Assembly (NCBI GenBank): GCA_004022145.1
Contig: RCNU01000001.1
Source of the DNA: Paecilomyces variotii
Lineage: Eukaryota
Reading direction: 5' to 3' (one strand)
Length of the DNA: 64,000 nucleotides
The notes under the pieces were generated by a model. The model did not search any database, was not told the DNA's origin, and saw nothing but the letters and a program-made list of their open reading frames with translations. The position numbers and the translations under genes are program-made. Every line of letters starts with the position of its first letter. Position 1 is the stretch's first letter. Below, in pieces: positions 38,392-50,602 of this stretch.

Positions 38392-40648
38392 TGTGCCGGT
38401 AAGATTTTATCTTTCTTTTCTCTTTCAGTTTCGTTCCAAAGAGATACAGGAGAAAGAGCACATAGCGACCCAGGCATAGGCCGCCCTTAAATGCCTTGTC
38501 CCAAATCATTTTCTATCAACCAGGCACGGTTGCATCCATCAAGGTTCCCTAAAATCCCGCTTTGATCTGGGCTCGACTAGATAAACATGCGGTAACATCG
38601 CGTGCGTCTGGAGGCATTGTTTGCGCTTGTTGCCAACTGCATCTGGAAAAGTCGGAAGCATTAACGTGCAATGTGGAGTCCTAGAAGCTACCCAAGAAGG
38701 CCAGGTACCCATGTGGGCAGTATATCAAAGACAACGTCCCTGGAGAAGATGTCGTGTCGATCTTCGACGCATCGGGTTCGCTCTGGACTCTTTTCGGAAA
38801 GAATGCAGATAACTAAACCAAGGCGGAGAACCCGAGGAAATACTCCGAATACAAACATGATAAGCTTCCATTTCAACTTATGTGTTTTATTTTATGGAGC
38901 TGCTCGCACAATGGACAAGTAGATAGCCCCAAACTGCTTGAAGCTTCCACCGTTGAATTATACGCATCTTTTTTCATACAGCGGTGGTGATCCGGAACAA
39001 TTACAATATGGCAACGTCTCCGCATGAAACCATTGATAGAGATGTCGCTCTATTGTCGATCCGTCCAAGCTTCCGATCGCAGTGCCATGGATCAAGTTAT
39101 GCGGCTGATCAGCATACACCAAGTATATGCCCACCTTTGTCGCCGTATCCAGATAAAGCCACGCAATCGAGAAGACTATAATGAATTGTTCGCGCTGCAC
39201 AGAATGTTTCTGGAACTTATGTACCCGATGTCAATTATTAGTGCGTTTGCATCCATCATATGTGGCGTTTTCGGAAATCCAGTCACCACTGTTGTGGTCT
39301 TCCGAAATCCACGAAGGAGATATGGTACTCCGCAGACGAGATCGGCGGACACCCTGTCCAGCTAAATTTGCTTGTTTCCCAGTGCAAGGAACCGTCGTTC
39401 TTCGCAATTTCTCTATACTGCAAAAGTAAAAGGATCTCTGAATCGAGAACTCATTGTTGAATTATGGCAGAAGCAGCAATTCGTTGACCTGGACAATGTT
39501 TACTAAGGAACATAATAATTAGTTAACTACAGTGTCCGGAAACGGAAGATTGTCAACATTCCACGTGACGTCACCGTCTGAAGTCCGACCGGATTTCTTA
39601 TGGCAACTGGTAAAAATCAACGCGAGGAGGAGGTTATCAAAGCCATTATCTTGGTATAGAGTCCTTATTGGGGATATTTTATTGTTATCATAACATGTGG
39701 TTTGTGGCTTTGGGAGATGTGCGCTGATTGCCTAGTTCGGAGATATATTAGCTTGGTTGCAACATTATTTGGATCGCTTTCCATCTTCACCTACGTTATG
39801 CCCGTACATCCCCCATTATGTGTTTACGCCACTTCCTCCAACTGTCGAAGACGAGCTAATTCATCGTCTCAATTTGATCAAGACTGGATCGAGCTGTCGA
39901 AGTGCTTGACTAATCGATGGATCTCTCCAACTGTTTTCATATGACCCCGCTACAGGGCTGGGAGAAAGCCTTACGAACTTTTTATACGGTCAAGCAAATT
40001 CAACTTCAACAGATCGAGGCCTTTTAGGTGGAAGGAGGCTTTCGGAAATGATTTCTTCGTCCACCTCGTCGTCTCCCCATCTATCGCCGAACCTGCTAGT
40101 ATTCAGCCCTTCAAGAGATTAAACAACGAGAGAATGTGCCATAAAAAAGTCTTAGACACATGTCTAATCGGGTAATTGGTTCAGTTGGTCAAAGCCCAGA
40201 ACATCGAATGAGACACCGGCTCGAAGCCGGGGCGCTGAAACGTTACATCGGCACCCTGCTCAATATCACCCCCAAGAGAACAGATTCCTGAAATGGCAAC
40301 TCCTTCGAGCTACAGTGTTGGCATTTACTACTGGCGCAAATATTATGCTGCGATGTTAGCACCTTGGCAAACTCAGCGACTGCGCATGATGCGAAAATAA
40401 GCTTATGAAAAAAAAAAAAAAAGGTACCGTAGCATCCTCGGCGCTGTGAGCTTGCGATCAGGAACTCTCTATCGCTTATGAAATTAATACGGCCCAAAAT
40501 CGTATGCTCAGAAGGCGCGTATAAAACCAAGAGACTTATCCACCAGATGGAAGGATCTCTCATTTGATCGCTCTACAGCAGTTCAGCGCATTCTCATTCA
40601 TCTCTATATCTTCGTACTCCTACTTATAAGGGGAATCACTATTGCACC

Positions 40649-41392
40649 ATGTCTTCCACCGCAATACTTACTCTCCTCTTCTCGACAGCTGTCGTTGCTC
40701 TTAACCCCAGCTGTGCCCCCGGGGGAAACTTCGACTTGAGCAAATGGAATCTCCAACTTCCCATAGGCAGTGTTGGTAGTCCCACCACCATATCTAGTTC
40801 CGCTCTAGAGGGCTGCAATGGCTACCAAGACCCGGGCCACCAGTACTTCTTCACGGAGAGCGGTGACGGTGCATTGGTGATGAAGGTGCCTGGCTCGCCC
40901 TCCTCATCAGGCTGCGTTACAACACCCAACAGTCAACACTGTCGGACCGAACTGCGCGAAATTAGCCCATCTAGCTGGGATCCCAACGCAGCGACCAACC
41001 GACTTAGCGCGACTCTCAAAGTCACCCAGGCCGACGATAGCAGTCATGGCACAGTGATCGGACAAATCCACATTGACGACAGCATCTCGAGCAAGCCTGT
41101 CTGCGAGCTGTTTTACAACAGCAACGGCGATATCTCCATCGGCGTTGAGCAGACACGTAGTGGTGGAAACGAAGTTGTCACATATGTCGATAATGTGCCG
41201 GTAGACACGACTTTTTCATATGAGATCCAGTATGAGTCGAACGTGCTCAGCGTCAGCATCAATGGCGGCGCGGCCAAGACGTTCAGTACTTACAGTCTGG
41301 ATGCGCCAAAGAGCTATTTTAAGGTGGGGAACTACAATCAGGGAGACAGTCCGTCGGATGTTCACTTCTTTGCGATCTCAACGCAGCATTAA
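40649..41392 (+). CDS. Secreted polysaccharide lyase family 7 (alginate/glucuronan lyase)
   Basis: Signal peptide and the PL7 motifs 'FDLSKWNLQLP', 'RTELRE', 'IGQIH', 'YFKVGNYNQ'; intronless. Confidence 0.92.
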   Translation: MSSTAILTLLFSTAVVALNPSCAPGGNFDLSKWNLQLPIGSVGSPTTISSSALEGCNGYQDPGHQYFFTESGDGALVMKVPGSPSSSGCVTTPNSQHCRTELREISPSSWDPNAATNRLSATLKVTQADDSSHGTVIGQIHIDDSISSKPVCELFYNSNGDISIGVEQTRSGGNEVVTYVDNVPVDTTFSYEIQYESNVLSVSINGGAAKTFSTYSLDAPKSYFKVGNYNQGDSPSDVHFFAISTQH

Positions 41393-42294
41393 ACTTCAGC
41401 GGGAAGTCGAGATTACTGCTCTACTTAAACATCTTGGAGAAGGCGAATCCTTTCCATTCTATCACGGACATACCCTATCACGATCTACATCGTCCTCATA
41501 CATGATTAGGAATTGTAAAATAACGCATATGGAGCATACTTTAAATATCCATTAAGTATCAGCCATTTCTTTTCTGGATGGTTCTGCCAGCCACTTTAAG
41601 CTGGGGCGGGTTCTATTTATGGATCGTGCACTCCGCGTTCTAGACCACTGATATCCAACCAAAACACATTTAAAACATGATATTATTATGGTACACCGTC
41701 CGTTGCATTGACTGGCCCCACCGCTGATATTAATAGAGAAAAAGGCAAGAGAGAAAAAAAGACAAGTATTCTTCAAGGTGGTTCTGAAGTCTCGCGAACG
41801 CCCCGTCAACAGGAGCGGTGTGATTCTCTGCCATGATCGAGTCTAATTCTAGCTGGGTCCGGATCGTATGTAAACCCCTGACAACGCACCTTGCTGCCAA
41901 TAATAGAGTATGATGACTAGATGGAATGATGCTTTATGCTTTCTGGGGCCTTGCCAGTGGGACCACGCCTCTTTGTTTCACCGTACCATAAAGTACTGGA
42001 TCCTTCGGTCGCCAGATGCCCGGGATCGTGGCTGGGAGTGGAACAAGTCGCATGGGCGTAGGTAGGTAGAGAAAGGAACATAAAAAGGCAAGCATCGACA
42101 GCATTCACGCATTCACTTCGTTTACCAGAGCACTCCAGAGCCTCATTGGACATACAGTCAACCGCATTAAGAGTCGGCCACATCGTCCAGGAGCCATATC
42201 CTACAGCTATCAATCCAGTGACCAAGTACCACTCGGATTATTCGTTTCCGTCAGCAATCCGAAAAAAAAAAAGTTAAACATACCAAATATCAGA

Positions 42295-42777
42295 ATGTCT
42301 ACTACAGCCGCAACAACCGCCGCCGCTACCACTGCTGCTTCTTCCTCCGCTGCATGTGGTGCTAAACTCTACGAGATCCCCATCAAGGATGCTGCATGCG
42401 CCGTTCCGTCCAAGGGCAACTACACTGATGTGATGAAGGAATGCTGCAAAGTGGCTTCTGTACACTCCTACGACAATAACTGTGGCCTGTATTGTCTCGC
42501 ACAGGAACAGTCTGTTGGAGATCTCTCTTCATGCTTGACCAGCCACGGAGTCAAATACGGCGATGCGTTCTGCAACACAAACTCCTCCGCGACGGCTACA
42601 GCGAAGGTGTCTTCGAGCGAAGCTACTTCATCGGCCACGAAAACGGGAAGTTCCGCGTCATCGACGTCGTCTCACAATGCTGCTGCGGCAGTAGTACCAC
42701 CGCAGGCTATTTCGAAGTCAGGACTAGGTCTTCTGGCGCTCCTGTTCTGTTCAACCGTGATGGGGGCTTTGGTCTAG
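42295..42777 (+). CDS. Cys-rich, Ser/Thr-rich protein with GPI-like C-terminal signal
   Basis: 8-Cys core, S/T linker, 'SSHNAAA' omega-like site and a hydrophobic tail. Confidence 0.8.
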   Translation: MSTTAATTAAATTAASSSAACGAKLYEIPIKDAACAVPSKGNYTDVMKECCKVASVHSYDNNCGLYCLAQEQSVGDLSSCLTSHGVKYGDAFCNTNSSATATAKVSSSEATSSATKTGSSASSTSSHNAAAAVVPPQAISKSGLGLLALLFCSTVMGALV

Positions 42778-43637
42778 GAGGGAATACTTATTGGGTGACA
42801 AAATGGAATGCTTTTTATGATTGACTTTTGAAGGAGTTTGGTTCCTGGAGTGCATGGCTCGTGATTCTGGGCGGTGTTTTTTTCTAGGACTGCTGCTTGG
42901 TAACTCGGCCCAGGGGATTTTTTTCATGGCTCATACCGGCTGATACCTCCTGCTCTAGCATATAATTATATGCAATAATCCAGACAAATGGATTCCTTAG
43001 AATAAAGGTGTGTTAAAGACGCGTATTTGCAGTAGCCGCTGTTAGAGATGTTCTAATCGTGGACAACGTGGATTTAGTCGTATCATCTGCCAGATATTAG
43101 TATTAAGGACCGTGCCCCATCTTTGGTCTCGATAGAAGGGGCAGGATTTGCATTGTGGAGAAGGATCTAAGTAATCGGACGCCATCGCCAGGCGTAGCTA
43201 AAGAATCACCCTTTTGGCGTACATCATGATGCGGACCGAAAACCAAGACGCAGGCCTTTTCGGAGAACAAACTACTTCAGATCACTTGTGAGTCGCCACA
43301 GAGAAACACGTTATACGGAATTCAAAGTCGTCAATAACAATATGGGGCGCCGGAAGCGGCGGAGAGGCGGAGCGCTAAAATCAGTCCGAGTCCGCACATT
43401 GTTGGAAATGTTCACATGGTGTGTCGCGCATCGTGAGTTTACCTAGGCTAATAGAAGAAGTTACTTCGACTCCGCTAATAATACTTTCTCCGGCCTCTTC
43501 CTCGGCGCTTTCTAATTGAATATATGTCACTGGTGCTCCCCGCAATTCAAAGTCACTCACTGGCACTGCTAACTCCCCCAGAAATGACCTGAGAGCATTG
43601 ATATATATATACGAGAATCCTCAAATAGCTAATAATC

Positions 43638-45466
43638 ATGGGGGTGCTCGCGGTAGTCATCATTGCACTCGCGTTCTATGCAATCTTTACTATCCTCCGG
43701 TCTATCCAGCAATTCAATAGACACCGCAAGAATGCAAAGGCTCTGCGCTGCCAGCCTGCACCCCAAGGACGACCCGGTTTCTACGGCATTCCGGCCTTCT
43801 TGAAACTGGCCCGAGCTGTCCGGGAGAAGAGATCGGTTGAATTCATGGCCGAACAGTATGAACTATATGGAAATACTTTTGCACAGAAAATCCTTGGACG
43901 ACATCTTGTCACAACCATCGAACCGGAGAATTTAAAAGCGCTCTTAGCTACTCAGTTCAATGATTTCCGCCTGGGGAATCGACATCGAGAGTTCTATCCG
44001 CTTCTGGGAGATGGTATCTTCACTTTGGATGGTGCAGGCTGGTCGCACGCGCGAGCATTACTGAGGCCCCAATTTACGAGGGACCAGGTACGTTAGTTGA
44101 CTGAATGGCGGTTGAACAGTTTTCCTCAGAAACGGCTGGTGCTAATTGACCTTGTCAGGTTGCTGATCTGGCGATGATGGATGAACATGTCATGAGGATG
44201 ATCGATATCATTCCCAAAGACGGCTCCGTGTTCGATATCCAAAAGCTTTTCTTTCTTTTAACGATGGACTCTGCGACCCACTTCTTATTTGGTGAATCCG
44301 TCGGATCCATGCTTCCAGCTTCTTCCAGTCCCGGAGTACTCGAAAAATCCACCGGCGGCGCGCAGGGCTTTGCTGATGCATTTAATCTGGCACAAGAATA
44401 TCTCGCCGCTCGATCGCGAGCCCAGGACTTTTACTGGATGGTCAACCCCGCGGAATTCCGTGAAGCGACAAGGAAAGTGCATGATCTAGTAGACCACTAT
44501 GTCCAGTTGGCTCTCCAATCCCGAAACAAGCCGCAGAAGCCAGATGACCGGTATATCTTCTTGCAGGCTCTGGCGGCGGATTCGCCAAATCCAAAGGTGC
44601 TCAGAGATAACTTGCTCAATATCCTTCTCGCAGGCCGAGACACGACGGCTAGTCTGCTCAGCTCTGCATTTTTCCTCTTTGCCCGTCATCGACACGTCTG
44701 GGACCGTCTTCGACGAGACGTTATTCGCCAGTTCGGCGACTGCAACCACAAAGTTTCTGATATCACACATGCGAAGCTGAAGGATATGCCTTATCTTCGT
44801 TATGTTCTTAATGAAGGTGAGCTTGACATCCAGAAGGCCCATACTCCATTATAGCCTATGATACACCATGACCCCTGATGTTCACATTATACGGCATTTG
44901 CGATTTCGCTATGCTTGCTAACACACTATACAAGTCCTCCGCTTGTACCCTCCAGTGCCAATCAACTTCCGCGTTGCTGCCACAGATACATCTTTACCCG
45001 TCGGTGGCGGTCCGGACGGAATGTCTCCGATATATATCCGGAAGGACTCAGTGATCACATACGTAGTCTACGCCATGCACCGACGAAAGGATCTATGGGG
45101 TCCTGACGCAGAATCATTCCGACCTGAGCGATGGGAAGAAAATGGCAAGCACAGCTGGGAATATCTTCCCTTCAATGGCGGGCCGAGAATCTGTCTGGGT
45201 CGTAAGTGCCGTCCTCTTATTTATTTCCCCTATCCCTCCTTTACTCCTGCTCGCAAGCCTAGCCAGATTGGATAACTAACAGGTCATCAGAACAATACGC
45301 CCTTACTGAAGCGAGCTACACAATAGTTAAGCTCATGCAGCACTTCGACACTGTCGAGAACGCTGACCTGGACCTCGAACAACCTGTCTTGGTCTCTAAT
45401 CTCACCATGTCTCATGACAGAGGCGTTAACATCAGACTATATAACTCTGGAAAAAGCTGTTACTAA
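43638..45466 (+). CDS. Cytochrome P450, CYP52 clan (alkane/fatty-acid hydroxylase-like), 4 exons
   Basis: '[25 protein letters not shown]', I-helix 'AGRDTT', '[10 protein letters not shown]', 'FRPERW', heme motif '[14 protein letters not shown]'. Confidence 0.95.
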
Positions 45467-45852
45467 ACCTAAGCAGCCTATGTGTTATAGTTCACTGGTG
45501 TGGTAGCAATGTTTTCTTTGCATTCGATCGCTGGCTCTGTATGAGATATTCATGACCTATGTTTTGATTTGGGATGGTGAAACTCTCCGCTAGAGCAAAA
45601 TTGACTATAGCAGTGTACGTGCTCCATCCATCCTTCTGAGGAGATATGGCAACATAGGTTATCTTATGACTATCACTGATGTCGAGAAAGGGAAAGTCTT
45701 ATGACATGTCCATGTATAGCTATTCCTTCCATACGCATTAGCATGTGTATGCCTATACTTCAAAATTACAATCTAGTAGTTGAAATAAGCAAAACAATGC
45801 ATTATCCTTGCTTTGTTTACGAATATACAGCTCCATTTACACCACTGTGCGG

Positions 45853-47202
45853 TTATTTCCTAGTAATTGTGACAGAGATATCTGTCACCTCCTTGAGAGA
45901 ACTCGACGTGAACAGGGCCAAGGTGCGCTTGTCTCTCTTGTATTGCCCCAAGCTGCCGACAGGAGAAATCTGAACGCTGTATCCATTTGGAAACGTAGAA
46001 GGCGGCAAGATGATCTCTGTAGGCGCGTCGATATTCGGGTCGCTTGTGAATTGCAACTTGAAAGTGCCCGATTTCTCGTCGAAGCCAAACGAAGTGGGCG
46101 TGCCAGCGATCGCGGCCGGATACGCACGGCTGTAGTGCTTCTGCAGCTCTGGATACGTCTTTCCAGAAGTGCCCTTATACAGATTCTCATATGCCCAGCC
46201 GATCCAAGACACTATGTGTGCATCAGTCGCCGTCATGGCATCTGCCATGTCTCTCATCTGCTTATCGTCGCCAACCCAGAATGTCAACTCTGTAAGGACT
46301 CCGGCAGTTTTGAGTCGCACGTTGTCCTGGTGACGGTTTCGGAGTGTATCGGAGATGGCGCCCACCTGTGGTGGATGGTAGTAATGGAATGAGTGCACCG
46401 TCTTGGATCCGTCGGCGAGAGGCACGTTGTTAAAGCCAGATAAAATATCGAAGGTAGTCCCTTCGAACCAGATGAGCGTGTCATTATCGACGCTGCGGAT
46501 CTGTTTCGCTGCGAGGTTCCAGAGGTCCTCCAGAACCTTGCGGTCAGCGAATCCAGGTATAAGGAGCGTCGGATCAGCCTGTATGTCCCCAGCCCAGGGC
46601 TCATTTAGCAGATTGTACCCTACGACATTGATGGTTTCGACATATTCCGACGCCAACTTCTTCCAGTATTCCGCGAATGCATCTCCAAGACCGTACTGGT
46701 TCTTGTACAGTCTTCCGAAAGCGTTACAAACAGCCACAGATAGATAACCATATTCCCAATTAAAGGTATTGCATTGCGATTGGGGCGAAGGGAAGCCATC
46801 ACTGTCAGTAGTAAATGGCCATAACTGGACAGGAAATGGGAACCTTTTCCAGGCCGGTACCCAGTCTTTCTTGACAAACCACTGCGCTCTTGGTCAGTCA
46901 AGTAGTTGATAAAAAGAACTAACTTGCTTTCCAAAACTCACATCAGGCACACCATGGCCACAAAATTGTCTGGCCAATAAATCTTGATGTACGTCCACCA
47001 ATACATAGATTCCTTGCTCCTCTGCCAGCTTTGTTTGTTTTTTCATGATATCCAAAAATGTCTGATTGTACTCGCCACGAACTGGCTCAGCACCCGCCCA
47101 GCTGTGTCCCAACCGCACAATATTCAGCCCCAAATCATGCAAGTTTTGTACATCTTGCTCGCCAAACGACGAGACTCCGGGGGTCCACTCTTGGTCCGAC
47201 TC
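45853..47202 (-). CDS. GH5 endoglycoceramidase-like glycosidase; N-terminus not found (possibly 5'-truncated)
   Basis: 'GLNIVRLG..W...EP.RG.YN..FL', 'VDVHQD', 'GHGVPDW', acid/base 'NEP', 'SFHYY', nucleophile 'LTE' and C-terminal beta-domain 'SRAYP.AIAGTP'. One intron at ~46883-46942. In-frame TAG at ~47203-47205. Confidence 0.8.
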
Positions 47203-48744
47203 CTAGGGTGCATTCTAAGAGTTAAACTGTTATACTACTAGCAAAAGACTAGGAGGATATCAGATCGGAAGACCTAACGCTGCACTTACTCATATAGAAA
47301 CTTGTTGCCACGCTGTTACACTTTATGTGATATTCAATTATAATAGCAGAATCTGGGTAGCGCACTGGGGTAGTAGGGGGGGGGAGGGGGCAGTTAGGCG
47401 TCTGCATTATAGTATGTGACGGAACTTACATTCGGGCGAAGTTGGTTATACGCATTACAATGTTATGTATGGAAGACAAGGCCATTTTACCATCTGCGCC
47501 ATTTCTAGTGCTTGGAGGATATAAGGAAAACTGGAAACAAAGTTGGACTTCCTCCTTGAGTAAGTAGCGTCAAGGACAAAGCAACTGATTCGCTATGTCT
47601 ACCAGTCTTCCGAGGGATCGTGTACGGATCTAGGTCAATGATATAATGTAACCGTGCTGTTTCACTCATTGAAACAGTGACTAAAATATGAGAAAGTTGT
47701 TCTAATTGGACAGAGATGAAGTAGGACCTATAGTTTAGTGCTTAATGATCCTGTTCTTTAGACCGTAAGTCAAATCATTGATCATAAGCACTTAGTATTT
47801 TCGCAACTATGCAGGCCGATCTGCTACGTGTTCTGAGTGAGTGCACATGACCACGGCGATTGGATGGGTAAAAATGCAAGCAGATCGGACTAAGTAAAGA
47901 TATCTGTCTCAGCCAGCCACTGAACCTTTTGACGACCTCTTATATGGTAGAATTTGACGAAGCTAGTGTCCTGCACAGCTCGGCTCCGGAGCTCCGGACG
48001 GTGCTGTAAGTACATGTACATACATACTTTAACGGGCCGTGCCGTAACGCATGCAATATTGCAACATTAAATCGAAACCAAAGATTAAGCCCTAATTCAG
48101 ACGAATAGTGTATTGTGTCTGTTAAATCTGCCCAACTTTTAGGCTTCGGACTTTCTATGAACTGGCGTTAAAGTTCATCACTTCGGATTCCCAATGGATG
48201 GCCGAGGTGGAGTATGCAGTCGCGTTGTCCCAACTCTGCAAAGAAGAACAGATGGGGAGCTGACCCTGTGGAACCATTTGTATGAGCTCATTAGATAGCC
48301 ATGGATACATAACACATATGCCGGTTCATGTGTGCTGAAATAACTCTCAATGTGTGAGACTTGATTTGAACCACGACTTAGAAAAAACAGGGAAATGACC
48401 AGAGATTCAGCTCGCCACCTACTCACGAGTCAATGACCACCTCCCTCCCAAGCAATGATAGGCCAAGAGGGGTATACAGTACTTCTGTTCGCAGACGGAG
48501 CTGTACAGCTTGGCTACTTTGGCCCTATGCCCTATATGAAGGATATCGAGAATATAAAGGGAACCATGTTCTTGAGCTGTAGAGGATAAATCAGTGCCAT
48601 CACTATTCTTTACCTCTTACACGAAGTTTCCTAGCTGCTACGCATCTTCACTTTTATCACCCAAGTGCCCAGACAAATCTGGAAAAAAAAAAAACGACTT
48701 CACGTACGAGCCTTTCCCACACGATAACTTCCATCAAAATCATC

Positions 48745-49077
48745 ATGAGCAACACGGTCTGGACCGAGAATAAGGATCACTCCGTCGAAGGTCACACCCT
48801 GACTGGCGCCCTCTACTACAACGACACCCTTATTTGGGGACCCAGAGGTTGCCACGGAAACACGAGACGTCTCGGAGATGCCCTCCACGACCTTGACCGT
48901 GGCTTTTACATGAAATTTGACGACAAGGAGAAATCAATCGAAGGACACACGCGCTACATCAGCGTCAAGGCCAAAGGCAATGTTATTCTCGACAAACTCA
49001 GTACTCATCCCAGCATGGATGAATTGGCTACCGTTGTCAAGGGTGTTCTAGCTGGTAAAGGAGAACTTGCTGAGTGA
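48745..49077 (+). CDS. 110-aa hypothetical protein made of two ~52-aa repeats
   Basis: Good start context (atcatcATG), upstream tataaa at ~48553, coding-like codon use; repeats 'KDHSVEGHT...CH' and 'KEKSIEGHT...TH'. Confidence 0.8.
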   Translation: MSNTVWTENKDHSVEGHTLTGALYYNDTLIWGPRGCHGNTRRLGDALHDLDRGFYMKFDDKEKSIEGHTRYISVKAKGNVILDKLSTHPSMDELATVVKGVLAGKGELAE

Positions 49078-50007
49078 AGGCTTCAACCGGTCTTCTGGGG
49101 TTTCATAACCAAGGTTATATATCGGGGAAGAGAGGCATGGACTTGGTCAGAGGCGAAACCGAAAGAGGTCATTCAACATCACTCATACAGACTTCAAGAG
49201 ATGCTTTCAACAACTCATCATCAATTGGAACACCTTTTTTTGCGCCAGCATTGATGTCGGAGCAATAGCTGTAGTTAGTGAAATCGATTGGGATCAAGTC
49301 CATACGCATTGTATGATTCATTCTTCAATCGATCCATCTGATCATGGGTCATCTTCTTTTCTTCTCCATCGAAACCTTGGGAGCACCCTGCTCTAGGCAT
49401 AAGAGACGATGTTGGGCTGATAGTTACTAACTTTACCGACTCAGTAAACAATATATTCCGCGCCCCTCACGGGGTTCAAAGGTTGCTCCTGGAATATCCC
49501 CCTCCACATGTAGCAGTCTCGCACTTCGCAGCATCTATGTGCCAGTATCTATGCAATAAACTTTATGGGAATATCAAAGGTTTTCATGGTTGATATTGGG
49601 AATCTTGAAGATGCACAGAGAGCAGATTACAGAGTACATAAGCTTGAAAAGGGAAAGAGTAACCACGGAATAGGATTGATTCACTTACAATGAAACAAAA
49701 AGAGCCCAATCTGACAATATTTCGATAATTGCAGCCTATATGTTGTACATACTATACTTACACTTTTGGATCTGTGAAACCGGATGGAATTCAATATTTT
49801 CTGTCAGCATAGAATCCTAAGCGTGAAGAGGAAAAGCATGAGGGAGATAGCCCACTTCCCTAGCTGTCTCCGGTAAGCAGAACCCACCCACTTTCTGGGG
49901 GCGTTGGTCTGCTTCATCTCAAACCATGCGAACATATAAGTTGGTCATGTGATAACGGTCAGATCAATCAACCTGACGAGGCCGTCACACTATGAAGCAG
50001 TGAAGCT

Positions 50008-50400
50008 TGTTGCAGATAAACAAGTAACATGATTGGCGTTAAGGCCAGGAGAACAATAGTAGCCTCAGAACAGGAAAGAGAGATTTTGGCTTCCTATACC
50101 CCGGAATCTTGTCATTGGCGCTATCCCTGCCTTCATCATATTGTTTTTCCCATGGTAGCCTTGATGCTAACCCCGCCCGCTGCAGCCAAGCTTAATATCT
50201 TCTCACGGCTGCTAGAGAGGAAAGGACTGGTCAAGGGCTTATATTCTCTAGGAGGGAGCGAGCTCCAGCTCCAGCAGCTATCTAGCTACCTAGGTATATA
50301 AGCTGTGCGCTGGGCTGGGCTCGAAGAGGAAGGGGGCAATATCCTCCTGGCTTAGGGCCAAGATCTTCGCAGATGAAGTCCGTATATATATTTGTCAACA
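50008..50400. mobile_element. Possible solo LTR
   Basis: TGTTG...CAACA termini, internal tatataa and TAG-rich stretches. No matching TSD (aagct vs cggtg). Confidence 0.3.
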
Positions 50401-50602
50401 CGGTGTAGCTCAATCTGATGGTAGTCCATTTCAAATTCCAATAAGAGACTAAAGTTACCGTTTGGGAACGCATACAATTGGAGGTGAGGATGATCCCAAG
50501 TGTATAAAGTCGAGGTGCATGAAGTTGTTTTTTAATTGTGAAGGTAATTAACAGACTGAAACAACTAGAACCCCATCCGAAAAAAATAAATACATCGTCA
50601 AT

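Noticed and set aside
38984-40130. Short ORFs between the peptidase and the PL7 lyase
   Set aside because: No motifs and no consistent frame or splice pattern.
47355-47390. G-run cluster (possible quadruplex) upstream of the GH5 gene
   Set aside because: Low-complexity tract with no supporting context.
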